Source of the DNA: Octopus vulgaris
Lineage: Eukaryota
Direction of reading: 5' to 3'
Assembly: GCA_951406725.2 (NCBI GenBank)
Contig: OX597821.1
Location: forward strand, 46,314,001-46,378,000
DNA: 64,000 nt
Shown piece after piece: positions 51,026 through 63,262 of this stretch. The translations under genes and the position numbers were made by a program. Below the pieces are notes generated by a model. The model searched no databases and had not been told where the DNA came from. It worked only from the letters and a program-made list of their open reading frames with translations. The first letter of the stretch is position 1, and each line of letters begins with the position of its first letter.

Positions 51026-52116
51026 GGAGAGACCTGGTCTAGTTGATACACGGGTATGTTGTTACAAGCCCATTGTTTCCAACTTCAAGAAATAGGTGGC
51101 ACTCGCGTCTCTACCTCGTGAAGGCCAACTCCATAGCATCATGATTGCACATGTGTATTGCATTGGTGGGCTGTCACCATGAAAGTTATGGCTCAAAAAG
51201 CGATTTTTTAGTCCAAAGTGAAATCTTGCCACAAAGTTATTTCCTTAATTACTAATAGCACAATTGGTGTTACTGAAGTACTTTGTGGCTCCTTAGGAAG
51301 TATTGGAAGTTGTCTTCGATACATAAAAGTGTGTCCTGGTTGCCATGCATTGCTAGTACTGTGTACGAGGTAATCCTCAGAAAGCCATGGTCGGGGCTAA
51401 TTGTTACAGTGTATCAATTTACCCCAGGCATGTATCAACTTTCCCCTCCTATTTCAGTTTAACATACCATGCCTAGAAATTACAAAAGGAAGACTACAAA
51501 GGGGGATACCTCTCTTGATGTCATGGAAAGAACCACCAGAAAATCTGTGGATCAGAAGAAATCATTACGGGATGTTGCCGTAAAACAGCGCATAGTGGAT
51601 GAAATAAACGAACGGAAATCCAAACCAAAGAAGGCAACTGGTACAAATAAGGCGACAACGGGAAAGGGAAAGTCAACTAAAATAGGTAAAGGCAAAGGGA
51701 ATCAGCCTCGCAGAAAGTAAGCCGCCGACTGGAAATGCCTTGTCTGCTCAGATTGGTATTCCAACTCCCTTCCAGGTGAAGAATGGGTGCAATGCATGAT
51801 CTGTAAAGACTGGGCACACACTGACTGTACCGATGGACGACAGGACTTTCTGTGTGATCTGTGTGGTGAGAAGTGAATGGAGGACGATTCTGACTAGATG
51901 GCACATGTAACAATGGGGAAATTGGCTGATGAAGACTCTCAGTATCATAGTTAGGATATGAGGTGGTTCAAAGCACAGTTAATTAATCAAAATAATACTT
52001 CCTAGATGCAAGAAGCAGGAGACGTAATCATTTTAAACTTGTTTGTTAACATAATTCCGAGTTATCGACAGTTGTAACAAAGAACTCCAGTAAGAGTCAC
52101 AACGTACCCGGCACTC
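51026..52116 (+). mobile_element. Internally deleted pogo-like DNA transposon retaining a psq-type N-terminus and C-terminal PHD finger
   Basis: MPRNYKRKT...KKSLRDVA start (51469); in frame after one TAA: CLVC...EEWVQCMICKDWAHTDC...FLCDLC (to 51876); repeated GGG....TTGTTACA subterminal motifs. Ends approximate. Confidence 0.7.
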
Positions 52117-52244
52117 GGGGAAAATTGTTACAGCTGACACCACCTCGTTAATTAGAACCTGTCTAATTAATGTTATGTAATATTTGTTTTTTGCTGGTGG
52201 TAACAATAAACAGAGATGTTTTACTAATTAAATCTGAAAACAAA

Positions 52245-53890
52245 TTTCAGCTGTGCCTCAACAGGGTTCTCAATGACAGTAAAAAATCCCACCTGGAAAC
52301 AACACTGCTGGAGATTGAAGAAAATCTGAAACGTTCCCATGAAAAAGAGAACGAAAACAAAGAAACCTGGGTTATAGAAAATAAAAAAAAAAACAAACCA
52401 TAAAGTTTACAAAAGAAATTGCCTCAGTGCATTGCATGGTAAGGCCACTCCTCCAAAAAGATGGACCCCTCACAGGGAACCCAATGAAGATAAGGGAAAC
52501 ACTGAATGAACAATTCAACAGTGTTTTCACCTCACCCTTACGGCACATGCAAGTTAGCAAACTTGTAGAGTTCTTTACCTCCACAGATATAAAAATGGAG
52601 GAAATAGCAATTATTTACATCGATATAAAAGATGTAATACTGACCATAGACAAGATAAACCTGAGCTCAACATCTGGTCCTGATGGTTCCCTACAATCCT
52701 TCTAAAGTCGTGTAAACGAGCCCAAGCACAACCACTATAATCTCTCCTCCAGCGTTTCCTTGCAAGTGGCATGCTTCCAGACAAGTTGAAGAAAGGGCTA
52801 ATATACCATATTCATAAAGGAAGTAGCAGAGCGGATGCCAAAAACTATACGCCTATCTCTCTAATCTCACATATCAGGAAAGTCATGGGATGGATAGCCC
52901 GTAGGAAATTAATCACGTTCCGTGAAGAAAATGACTTGATACCCAACATGTTTTCATTCCATGAAGAAGCTGCCTTACACAGCTCTTATGTCATTATGAC
53001 TGGGTTGAAATAGCTGCTTAAGCACTCAAACGTGGATGTAATATATTCTGACTTTGCGAATGCCTTTGATAAAGTCCATCATGGAATGATGTCACAACCT
53101 GCGTGACCTCGGCATAGTTAGGTCACTTGGAGAGTGGCTACACGACGTTTTAAAAGAAAGGAGTCGGGCAGTGGTGGGCAAAGGAGTCACCTCCAATGAA
53201 ACGCAAATAATGAGTGGTGTCTCACAAGGCATTGTCTTGGAGCTACTACTGTTCATTCTGGCCCTCTCGGTATGGCCTCATCCACACAGAGAGACATCGT
53301 CAAAGCTATGCAGATGACACAAAAATCTCACGGGTAATACAAAACTCTGAAGATGCCATGCACATGCAACAAAAGTTAGATGCAGTATGCAAGTGGACTG
53401 ACGACATTAACATGCAGTCTAATGTTGGAAAGTTCCAAGCTCTACGCTGTCAGCAAAATTAAATGCAATGCATACAAAATACAATGGACTTGGAGGGATT
53501 GCAGTTCCAGAGTCACAATCAATGTGTGACTTGGACACTGGCATGAGTAGTGATGCATACTTCCATGTGCATATTACTAAGCTGGCAATGAAATGCAGGT
53601 AAATGATCGGATGAATTCTTAGAACTTTTTGAAAAAGAGAGCCGGAAACCACGATAGTTCTCTGAAGGCTATTTGTTCTAAGTTGTCTTGACTGTTGTTC
53701 CCAACGATGGTCACCTCATAGTCCGAAAATAATAGCGGACCACGCAGCAATCCAGCGAAGCTAAACAAAGAAGTTAATCTCAATGCAGCAAATTAACTAC
53801 TCGGAAAGATTCAAGACTTAAGATTTTACTCCCTAGAACGAAGTCTGGAAAGATATGCTGCAATATACTTCTGGAAGATCCTGGAAGGAT
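52245..53890 (+). mobile_element. CR1-group LINE ORF2 fragment
   Basis: SGPDG, IHKGSSRADAKNYTPISLISHI, VDVIYSDFANAFDKVHHG, SGVSQG, SYADDTKI; frameshifted. Confidence 0.88.
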
Positions 53891-54054
53891 ATGTGTGTGT
53901 ATGTGTGGTGCCTCCCACAGAAGTATAACATAATCTACATTTTCGGTTGCATCTTGGAATTCCTAGGGCTTCACTGTCTCCTTTGCTTATTAGGCATCTT
54001 TTAACAATCTCCAGTTATGTATATGTGTGTGTGTGTGTTTGTTTGTGCGTGTGT

Positions 54055-54200
54055 GGATGGATGGAGGGATGGTTAGATGGATGGTGGATGGAGGGAGGGA
54101 TGGTTAGATGGATGGATGGATGGATGGATGGGTGGATGGATGGATGGATGGATGGATGGATGGATGGATGGATGGATGGATGGACAGATGGAAGGATGGG
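54055..54200. repeat. (GGAT)n microsatellite
   Basis: Directly visible. Confidence 0.95.
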
Positions 54201-54612
54201 TTGATGAGGTGAACTCTCTCTTCATTTCGACAAACGGAAGTTCAGCAAAACATAGATGCACAGTATTTTTTGGTGCTGTTCTTTTGGTTTTCTAAACAAC
54301 CGTAATGACGCATATTATTGTAGAGGACATATTTTTTGTAGATCCATTCCCACTCTTTCTTTCTTTCTTGTATTTATCTAGTGCAATGAGTGCCTCAAAT
54401 CCAGTAGTTACGATGATTTGTATAGAGTTAACATTTCATTAATAAACAGCTAAGATCTGAAAGGTTTCATCAACCTCGATCCGTTCGTGTGTCTGTGAGT
54501 GGCCTTCTTCTGTGCGCCTGACCAAAAGCTGGGTCGCTAACTGTTACCGCTACTCAGGTTGAGAGTAGACCTGGGAACAATAGCGGCTAAGCGGTGGTTC
54601 CACATTCCTTAA

Positions 54613-54697
54613 AACCTTGGAATTCCCAAGCCAGCCTTACTGACGATGGCTACGGAAATAGCCGAAACTGATAAGTCAGTCTAAGGAATTCTCGGTT
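54613..54697 (+). ncRNA. Type I hammerhead ribozyme with complete three-stem architecture
   Basis: CCTTA-CTGACGA-T-GGCTA-CGGAAA-TAGCC-GAAA-CTGA-TAAG-TCAG-TC-TAAGG (54635-54686). Stem I extends past a bulge via GAATT/AATTC and AACC/GGTT. Predicted cut after C54681 (GUC). Confidence 0.88.
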
Positions 54698-54949
54698 CGG
54701 TGTTCGGGGAGATTGCAACCAACCCTATCAGAATACATGTTATGTGTTTTTTAACAGCATTGGAGCATTTAGCTCTTATTTCTAACATTGTATGTGTCTT
54801 GACACTCTTAGTCACGTTTAGCTGGTGACTATAATTTTCCTTTACAGTATAACATTGCAACCAGCTGTTTATATATATATCTTTGTATGTGCGTGCGCGT
54901 GTGAGTATTGAAGGGTTTGATTTTCAACAAATCGACCAGTTAAGAGAGT

Positions 54950-56063
54950 AAAGGTATTTTTTTTATAATAAAAAACTCAAAAAAGCCTTGTGAAATATAG
55001 CTACTCAGCGTTTCCTGGCCGAAATATTAAATTATTTCGCCATTTATAAAACTGATAAAAACAAGACAGTTTAGTAACACACCACCCCCACTACCACCAT
55101 CACTATAGTTTTCAGTAACAAAACTCATTTCGTTTCAGTTCAGTTCAGCTGTTTGTTTATATTTACTTTTCTTGCTGTCGATGTATCTCTACTCTGACAA
55201 TACAAATGCTAACTGCCCCCCTCTCTCTCTTTATGCAAATGCCTCCCCATCCATCTCTCTCTTATCTGCCATTCATTAACCTCACCACCCAGAACTTCAC
55301 CCTCTGCTAAATATTGTATTTTAAACATATCTCTTTCTCTTTACCTTTCCCTCCCCACTCTAAGCACGTCGTTAACCCTTCACTCTCCTTTTTTCTCACC
55401 GTCTTTTCTCTCACTTTTCGCCTCTCCATTCGACTAATCACGTGACGCATTCGGTCTTAAACACCTTTCTCTATTTCTTTTTCACGTCTTTCTCCTCTGC
55501 TCACAGTCCTACCCCTCTGCCCTCTCACTTTTACTCCAAACGAACAAGCAGATTATTATATAGATGCTATACTCGAAAGGATATTTTATCAAAGCGAGGA
55601 CTTCTTTTTTCTTGTTTTAGCTGCGGGAACAGGAAAAACAACATTTGTCACTAAGCTGTTACTTGCAAAACTGCAACAACAGGTAAAATAGCTTTGGTTG
55701 TTGCGCTTACAGTTATGCTTTACTTCGCGATGGAAGAACAGCTCACTCTACTTTCAAACCGTCCTTCAATGTAGCTAACAATGATACACCACCAGGTTGA
55801 ATCATTAGAAAAACATTTGAGATGGAACAAGTATTAAACAGGCTTTGTTTCATTATCTGGTAACGAGAGCACGATGGCAGATAAGTTTTTGGAAGCTCTG
55901 AATCGAAGCTTGCAAGATTTAAGAAATTCGGAATGAAGTGTACGTAGTCCGAAATTTCGCTGAGCGTTTTTCCAAAAGATATATTATTTGTTAAAAGAAT
56001 TGCTTTGCTGTGTTACTATTAATTTCTTGAGTCAACTCAGACAACGCCGAGTACTTGAGCTAG
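54950..56063 (+). mobile_element. Helitron remnant with helicase fragment and 3' terminus
   Basis: 55570-55930: GTGK, KIALVVA, LLRDGRTAHSTFK, FIIW, LEALNRSLQDLRN; 3' end CTCAGACAACGCCGAG...CTAG|T at 56060-56063. Left boundary approximate. Confidence 0.7.
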
Positions 56064-56064
56064 T

Positions 56065-56073
56065 GCGTGTGTT

Positions 56074-56141
<68 letters not shown>

Positions 56142-56277
56142 TGTGTGCGTGCGAGTGTGTGCATACATACATACACACATACATGCATACATACATACAT
56201 TACATACATGCATACATACATTACATACATACATACACACATACATGCATACTTTCATGCATGCATACATACATACG

Positions 56278-56308
<31 letters not shown>

Positions 56309-56367
56309 CATACATACATACATACATACATACATACATACATACATGCATACATACATTACATACA

Positions 56368-56398
<31 letters not shown>

Positions 56399-56642
56399 CA
56401 TACATACATACATACATACATACATACATTACATACATACATAAATACATACATACATACATACATACATACATACATGCATACATACATTACATACATA
56501 CATTACATACATACATAAATACATACATACATACATACATACATACATACATACATACATACATACATACATACATTACATACATACATACATTACATAC
56601 ATACATACATACATACATTACATACATACATACATACATACA

Positions 56643-56673
<31 letters not shown>

Positions 56674-56795
56674 CATACATACATACATACATACACACAC
56701 ACATACATACATACATACATACATACATACATACATACATGCATACATACATACATGCACGCACGCATGCATGCATACAGACGCACATATATACA
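56065..56795. repeat. (GT)n followed by a long interrupted (CATA)n tract
   Basis: Directly visible; source of the spurious YIHT/MYVC ORFs. Confidence 0.97.
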
Positions 56796-57344
56796 ATGAC
56801 AAATAGTGTTAGTGAGGGAAAGGATGAGATATGCAAAATAGAGTGAGGAGCAGAGAGAGAGAAGTTTCAACGGTTGGAGCAGAAGGTATTTTGATAAAAA
56901 AGCAATTTTTTTTTTGTTGTAAAATTTGCCAGAAGTATGTTTCGAAACGAAAAAAGGGAAAGAATTGCAAAATATGCTAAATGAGGATGGAGCCTCACGT
57001 GCAAACACAAACATGCACAGAAATAAAAGCGATATAACATCATGTGATGGTGTCAAACAACGAAGAGAACGAGAGTTGGAGAATAAGATTCCTATTGTAA
57101 ACAGTTTATGGAAATTGATTTTTCTTTCTTTTTTTTTTTTTGAGTTCATTTATTTATTTATTTATTAAAAAAAAAAAATAACCAGAAGAAAGGAAAACTG
57201 TGTAAAGAAGTTATCACGTGATGAAATGGAACGTGCAGAAGACATACAACCTGATATCAGAAAAACTATGCCGGTCGTGTTATATAAAAATTGTTTCAAG
57301 CAGAACTAAAAAAAATACTTGAATTCTCAATTTCGTGTGTATGT

Positions 57345-57431
<87 letters not shown>

Positions 57432-57433
57432 TA

Positions 57434-57488
57434 CAGTGGCCCGCAAAAGTTTACAACACAGTAAAAAATTGAAGTTTACATATAGTGA

Positions 57489-57522
<34 letters not shown>

Positions 57523-59206
57523 CAGGTTAACGAAATTTCCAATGTTTATGAACTTTTTTTTTTGTAATAAATTCAATGTGCAACAATTTAGAATTACATA
57601 AAATAAAATGAACGGAAAAATTTTATATGGAAAAAAGTTGAAATTCAAAACGCAAAAGTTTACAACGCACTTATATAATCAAAACAGTATTTTGATGCAT
57701 AAAACCCTTGTCGATGATGAGGGCTTGTGAGCGCTTTGAATAGTCTCCTTACACTTTTTACACATAGTGGGGCTTATTTCCCCCCATTCTTTTACACAAA
57801 TTCTTTTCAATTCTGGTAAGTTACCCAGGTTCCTTGTTTGAACTCTGAGTTTCAATTCTTTCTACAAATTTTCGATTGGATTGAAGTCTGGAGAGTGACT
57901 AGGCCATTCCAGAACATTAATCCCATTTGTTTTCGGCCAGTTCTTGGTCAGATCTGCGGTGTGCTTTGAATCATTACCCTGTGGAAAGGCTCATCCTTGT
58001 TCCAAGTTTTGGGAGCAAGCTTTAGGTATTAAAAATCTCTCTAAAATCTCCTATATTTTTCACCATCAAATGTTCCTTTGATTATTTGCATTATTCCAAC
58101 ACCTGATGAGCAAAAACAAGCCCATACTATTTCTGATCCGCCTTCGAATTTAACTATAGGTGCGTATTCTGTGTCATTCTTTCTCCGAACCTTGCTGATC
58201 GAATTTCTGCCGAAAAACTCAATCTTAGTTTCGTCAGCGTCAGACCAAACTACGTTTTCCCAATGTTGCCAGTTCATTTAGATATGTTTTTTCCAAGGCC
58301 AAACGAGCTTTAACGTGACGTTTCTCAAGCAATGGGGTTTTTTCTTGGAGAACAAGAAAAGAGAAAATAACAACAAGGTGATCTACTAATTGTATCCTTG
58401 CTCACATGTGCTTCACATGTACCCAGGTCTTCCTACAGATCCTTGAGTGTAGTTTGTCGTCTATTACTAGCTGTTCTTGCAAGTTTTCTTGCTGTACGCT
58501 CTGCGAACTTACGTAGGCGACCGGAGCGGACTAGCGGGAGAATGGAATTGCGAGATTTCTAGTTACGTATTATCGCACCAACTAAACTCAGGGGTACGTT
58601 CAGCTGTACAGAGATCTTTCCGTACGCACTGCCACTCTTATGAAGGGCAACAATACGCTCATGGAGGTCTTGACTAATTTGTTTATTTTTACCCATAATG
58701 ATGATGATGTTCACTCTACGGTGATATTGTCAGAATTGATGCAATGGCTATAAAATTCTCATAAACGAAACTTCCCGTACTTTCTAGAACACTGTACACA
58801 TTCCTGGGTGGGTGGGGTATCATTTTTTTTATTAAAATATCTGGAAAATTATTCAATTGAGTTAAATGTGTTGTAAATATTTGCACTTTAAATTTCGACT
58901 TTTTTTCCATATCAAATTTTTCCGTTCGAGTTCAAATTCCGCCGAGGTCGACTTTGCCTTTCATCCTTTCGGGGTTGATTAAATAAGTACCAGTTACGCA
59001 CTGGGGGTCGATGTAATCAACTTAATTCCCTCCCCAAGCTGCCTTCGTGGCAAAAATTTGAAATCATTATTATGTAGTACTCATTGTTGCATTGAATTTA
59101 TTATAAAAAAACTTCATAAATGATGGAAATTTCATTAACCTGCGTTGATTCAATATATGTAAACTTGGATTTTTGATCGTGTATTGTAAACTTTTGCGGG
59201 GCACAG
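57434..59206 (-). mobile_element. Tc1 transposon (IR/DR-type ends), decayed, with internal insertions
   Basis: TA-flanked TIRs CAGTGGCCCGCAAAAGTTTACAACAC / GTATTGTAAACTTTTGCGGGGCACAG; inner repeat CGCAAAAGTTTACAAC at 57651; [38 protein letters not shown]. Confidence 0.9.
58921..59065 (+). mobile_element. Meta-domain SINE fragment inside the Tc1 element
   Basis: GAGTTCAAATTCCGCCGAGGTCGACTTTGCCTTTCATCCTTTCGGGG...AAGTACCAG; same family as 439-675. Confidence 0.85.
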
Positions 59207-59708
59207 TATACGTTAGTAACTTAATAAGCTACCGAAAGAGCTACTACTAGGGAAATATATAACTGATTGTGTTTTTGTTTAAAAAGACAATAAGATAGAA
59301 TCAGAAATGAATTCTAAAGAAGCCTCTGTAAATAATAAATTATTGGTGAAAATTCATACGAATTTCTAACCAAAAAGGAGTAGCTGGACATCCACATGTG
59401 AAAATGATAAGTGCCGATTATTCCGAAAGTTTACATTTCTCATCATACAGTCATCAGGGTCTCAATATATCTCCTTTGCTTAAGCACTGCCATATGCTCA
59501 GATTATGACACTTAACAAGTTACCGCAAAGATATATATATATTTTTTCTTTTGCAGACCGAGCGGACACTGTCACCCTTGTTTGCTTGTGGGTTATATCT
59601 TAACTGTAAATACAAGATGTTTACGTGAGTGAATGTACCAGATGGGGGTGAAGATATAATAATTCTTGGAGGAAACTCACCGTAAATTTCGTTTCCAAAT
59701 AGTTTCTG

Positions 59709-59758
<50 letters not shown>

Positions 59759-59764
<6 letters not shown>

Positions 59765-60026
59765 AATATAAGAGAGTGGTCACTATATTGCTCACTCTAG
59801 CACCAGTTAATCCAAAAGGTTTCAACCACGGAAATACATGCTTATCATGAAAGTCAGTACGATTGTTAGCTCACACGGACAGGGCAAATAAAAAATAACA
59901 AAACTGTATTTTTGTTATTTTTTATTTGCCCTTCTTGTAACTATCATGTACATGATTTCCGTGGTTAACCTTTTGGAAACTGGTGCTAGAGTGAGCATAT
60001 AGTGACCACTCTCTTATATTTATTTT
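59759..60026. repeat. Fold-back inverted repeat (~270 bp)
   Basis: AAAATAAATATAAGAGAGTGGTCACTATA..GCTCACTCTAGCACCAGTT pairs with 59978-60026; inner stem AGGGCAAATAAAAAATAACAAAA / TTTTGTTATTTTTTATTTGCCCT. Confidence 0.92.
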
Positions 60027-60144
60027 GTAAAAATATTATAATATGTTATAAAATATTATAATAATCCAGGTTTCTCGAAGCACTAGGCCCGGTGTGGAAT
60101 AAATATACTATTAAATTAGTATCTAATTCTCTCACCCTTATTAA

Positions 60145-60182
<38 letters not shown>

Positions 60183-60267
60183 TATATATGTATATATATA
60201 TATGTATATATATAATATATATATATGTATATATGTATATAATATAATATATATATATGTATATATG

Positions 60268-60550
60268 TTAGGGTAGCGGGCTCGCAGTCGGAGGATCGCG
60301 GTTTCGATTCCCAGACCGGGCGTTGTGTGTGTTTATTGAGCGAAAACACCTAAAGCTCCACGAGTCTCCGGCAGGGGGGGGGTGGAGATTCCTGCTGTAT
60401 TCTTTCGCCACAACTTTCTTTCACTCTCTCTTCTGTTGGCCTGCTCGCTTAGCCAGCGGGGTGGCGTCATTTGAAGGCTAAAACAATGCGAAACGCATTG
60501 TGACCAGTCATGTGTAGCAACATCTTATCGGTTGCGGTGATCGCGGTGAT
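60268..60550 (+). mobile_element. tRNA-derived SINE (third family)
   Basis: TTAGGGTAGCGGGCTCGCAGTCGGAGGATCGCGGTTTCGATTCCC B-box head matching 45301-45366; ends (CGGTGAT)2. Confidence 0.75.
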
Positions 60551-60671
60551 ATAAATATTATTTTTTAGGGAATAAAAATTCCGGCATAACATAATGAAGA
60601 AATATATTTTAAATTAGAGATAGGAGACCCCTAAAGAATTTTTATTTTAAATACCTACTGTTTTATTACTT

Positions 60672-60757
60672 GGCAACACGTGTTTCATGAGGTACATCCT
60701 CGGGTTCCTAAACCACTCCGTGTTTCCCTCTCAAAATGCCACCCCAATCATCAGGCC
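60672..60757 (-). ncRNA. Minimal (Penelope-type) hammerhead ribozyme motif
   Basis: Minus strand: GGC-CTGATGA-T-TGGGGT...ACCTCA-T-GAAAC-ACGT-GTT-GCC; intact core, palindromic ACGT loop III, GUU triplet. Confidence 0.65.
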
Positions 60758-61270
60758 CTTATATAACTTTATCAACGTTCAATACAATAAACTATATTTT
60801 AATTTTTTAAAACACTTAAGTATGTGTAAAATAGGTATGTCTAAATTAGGTATGTTTAAATTAGTTTCGATGGACTCTACAGTACAAACCATAATTCAGA
60901 TAAAAATTCAAATAAAGATAAAAAGTTACAGAAGTAAATGTTACACGAATAAAGTAAGGAATAAAAATCTAAAAAAATTACGAAAATTTACAAAAACTAT
61001 GTTAGTAATATATAGTGTTCCAAATAAAATTAAATTTACAAATACTATGTTAATAATATATAAAAAATGAAAGGAATAGCAAGAAAAAATATATACGAAT
61101 AAAAATAAAAATTAAAATAAACGGGATCGCAAGGAAAATATACACGAATAAAAGTTAATAAACATGGAAGCAATGACGAAAAAATAATTTCAAATAAAAG
61201 AGCTATAGTTCTAATACGAACTGCAAAATTTCAAGTGATACGAATGGTAACTTTTTAAAAAATTTACAAA

Positions 61271-61860
61271 GTAGGAGTGGCTGTGTGGTAAGTAGCTTGC
61301 TAACCAACCACATGGTTCCGGGTTCAGTCCCACTGCGTGGCATCTTGGGCAAGTGTCTTCTGCTATAGCCCCGAGCCGACCAAAGCCTTGTGAGTGGATT
61401 TGGTAGACAGAAACTGAAAGAAGCCCGTCGTATATATGTATACATATATATGCGTGTGTGTGTTTGTGTGAGTGTGTTTGTCCCCCTAGCATTGCTTGAC
61501 AACCGATGGTGGTGTGTTTATGTCTCCGTTACTTAGCGGTTCGGCAAAAGAGACCGATAGAATAAGTACTGGGCTTACAAAAGAATAAGTCCCGGGGTCG
61601 AGTTGCTCGATTAAAGGCGGTGCTCCAGCATGGCCGCAGTCAAATGACTGAAACAAGTAAAAGAGTAAAAGAATATATATATATGTGTGTGTGTGTTTGT
61701 GTTAGTCCCCCTAGCATTGCTTGACAACCGATGCTGGTGTGTTTACGTCCCCGTCACCTAGCGGTTCGGCAAAAGAGACCGATAGAATAAGTACTGGGCT
61801 TACAAAGAATAAGTCCCGGGGTCGATTTGCTTGAGTAAAAGAGTAAAAGAGTAAAAATAA
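61271..61860 (+). mobile_element. CORE-like SINE (61271-61672) plus tandem duplicate of its 3' half
   Basis: Reverse complement of 8070-8454; (GAGTAAAA)n tails. Confidence 0.88.
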
Positions 61861-61989
61861 AATAAAATAAAATAAAGATAGCAGGAACTAGGGTGTGAGT
61901 ACCCCTTTTTTTTTAAAACATATAACCCTCTCCTTCAAACACTCATACGTCGAAATCGACCATCTCACCCTCCCACACACATATATATA

Positions 61990-62120
61990 TGATAAGTTTC
62001 TTTCAGCTTCCGTCTACTAAATCTACTCACAAGAGTTTAAGGCACTTGCTCAAGGTGCCACACAGCGGGACTGAACCTGGGACTATGTGGTTGTGAAGCA
62101 AGCTTTAACCACACAGCCGA

Positions 62121-62167
<47 letters not shown>

Positions 62168-62180
62168 GTCTGTCGATCTA

Positions 62181-62220
<40 letters not shown>

Positions 62221-62222
62221 CA

Positions 62223-62278
<56 letters not shown>

Positions 62279-62884
62279 TATATATATACATAAATACATA
62301 TGCTTACAAATATATGTATAATATATTCATATATATTTACACACACATACGCACACACACACACGCGCGTATTCACACGCACACAAACACACACATATAT
62401 ATGAATATATATATATACATGCATACACACATATACACATATTTAGGCATATATAGGTACAATGTTTATATGTATATATTCTTACGATATATCTGCATCC
62501 ATCCATCCATCCATCCATCCATCCATCCATTTACCTACGTGTCTATGTATCTATGTATCTATCTCATTATGTATGTAATGTATAGTTGGGAATAAACATT
62601 ACGTCTCAGTATAAATACTGCTTTCGTCTCTAATAGAGATTTTCTTAATGATCTAGTTTACTTGTTATATATATACTCTTTTTTCTTTTTACTCTTTTAC
62701 TTGTTTCAGTCATTTGACTGTGGCCATGCTGGAGCACCGCCTTTAGCCGAGCAAATCGACCCCGGGACTTATTCTTTGTAAGCCCAGTACTTATTCTATC
62801 GGTCTCTTTTGCTGAACCGCTAAGTGACGGGGGACATAAACACACCAGCATTGGTTGTCAAGCAATGCTAGGGGACAAACACAG

Positions 62885-62933
<49 letters not shown>

Positions 62934-62985
62934 TATACGACAGACTTCTTTCAGTTTCCATCTACCAAATCCACTCACAAGGCAT
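61990..62985 (-). mobile_element. Further SINE copies (about 61990-62120 and 62680-62985) amid microsatellites
   Basis: Same family in the opposite orientation. Confidence 0.8.
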
Positions 62986-63001
62986 TATATACACATGTAT
63001 G

Positions 63002-63041
<40 letters not shown>

Positions 63042-63130
63042 TATATGTGTGTATGTATATATATATATATATATATTATATACACATGTATGTATATATA
63101 TATATATACATACATATATATATATGTGTG

Positions 63131-63262
<132 letters not shown>

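Noticed and set aside
56037-57149. Long YIHT/MYVC-repeat ORFs, also at 47.3-48.0 kb, 54.0-54.3 kb and 62-63.3 kb
   Set aside because: Translations of stop-free microsatellites.
60860-60902. Second hammerhead-like motif on minus (CTGAATT-ATGG...CCAT-CGAAAC)
   Set aside because: G8/A9 are lost and there is no convincing stem I or III.
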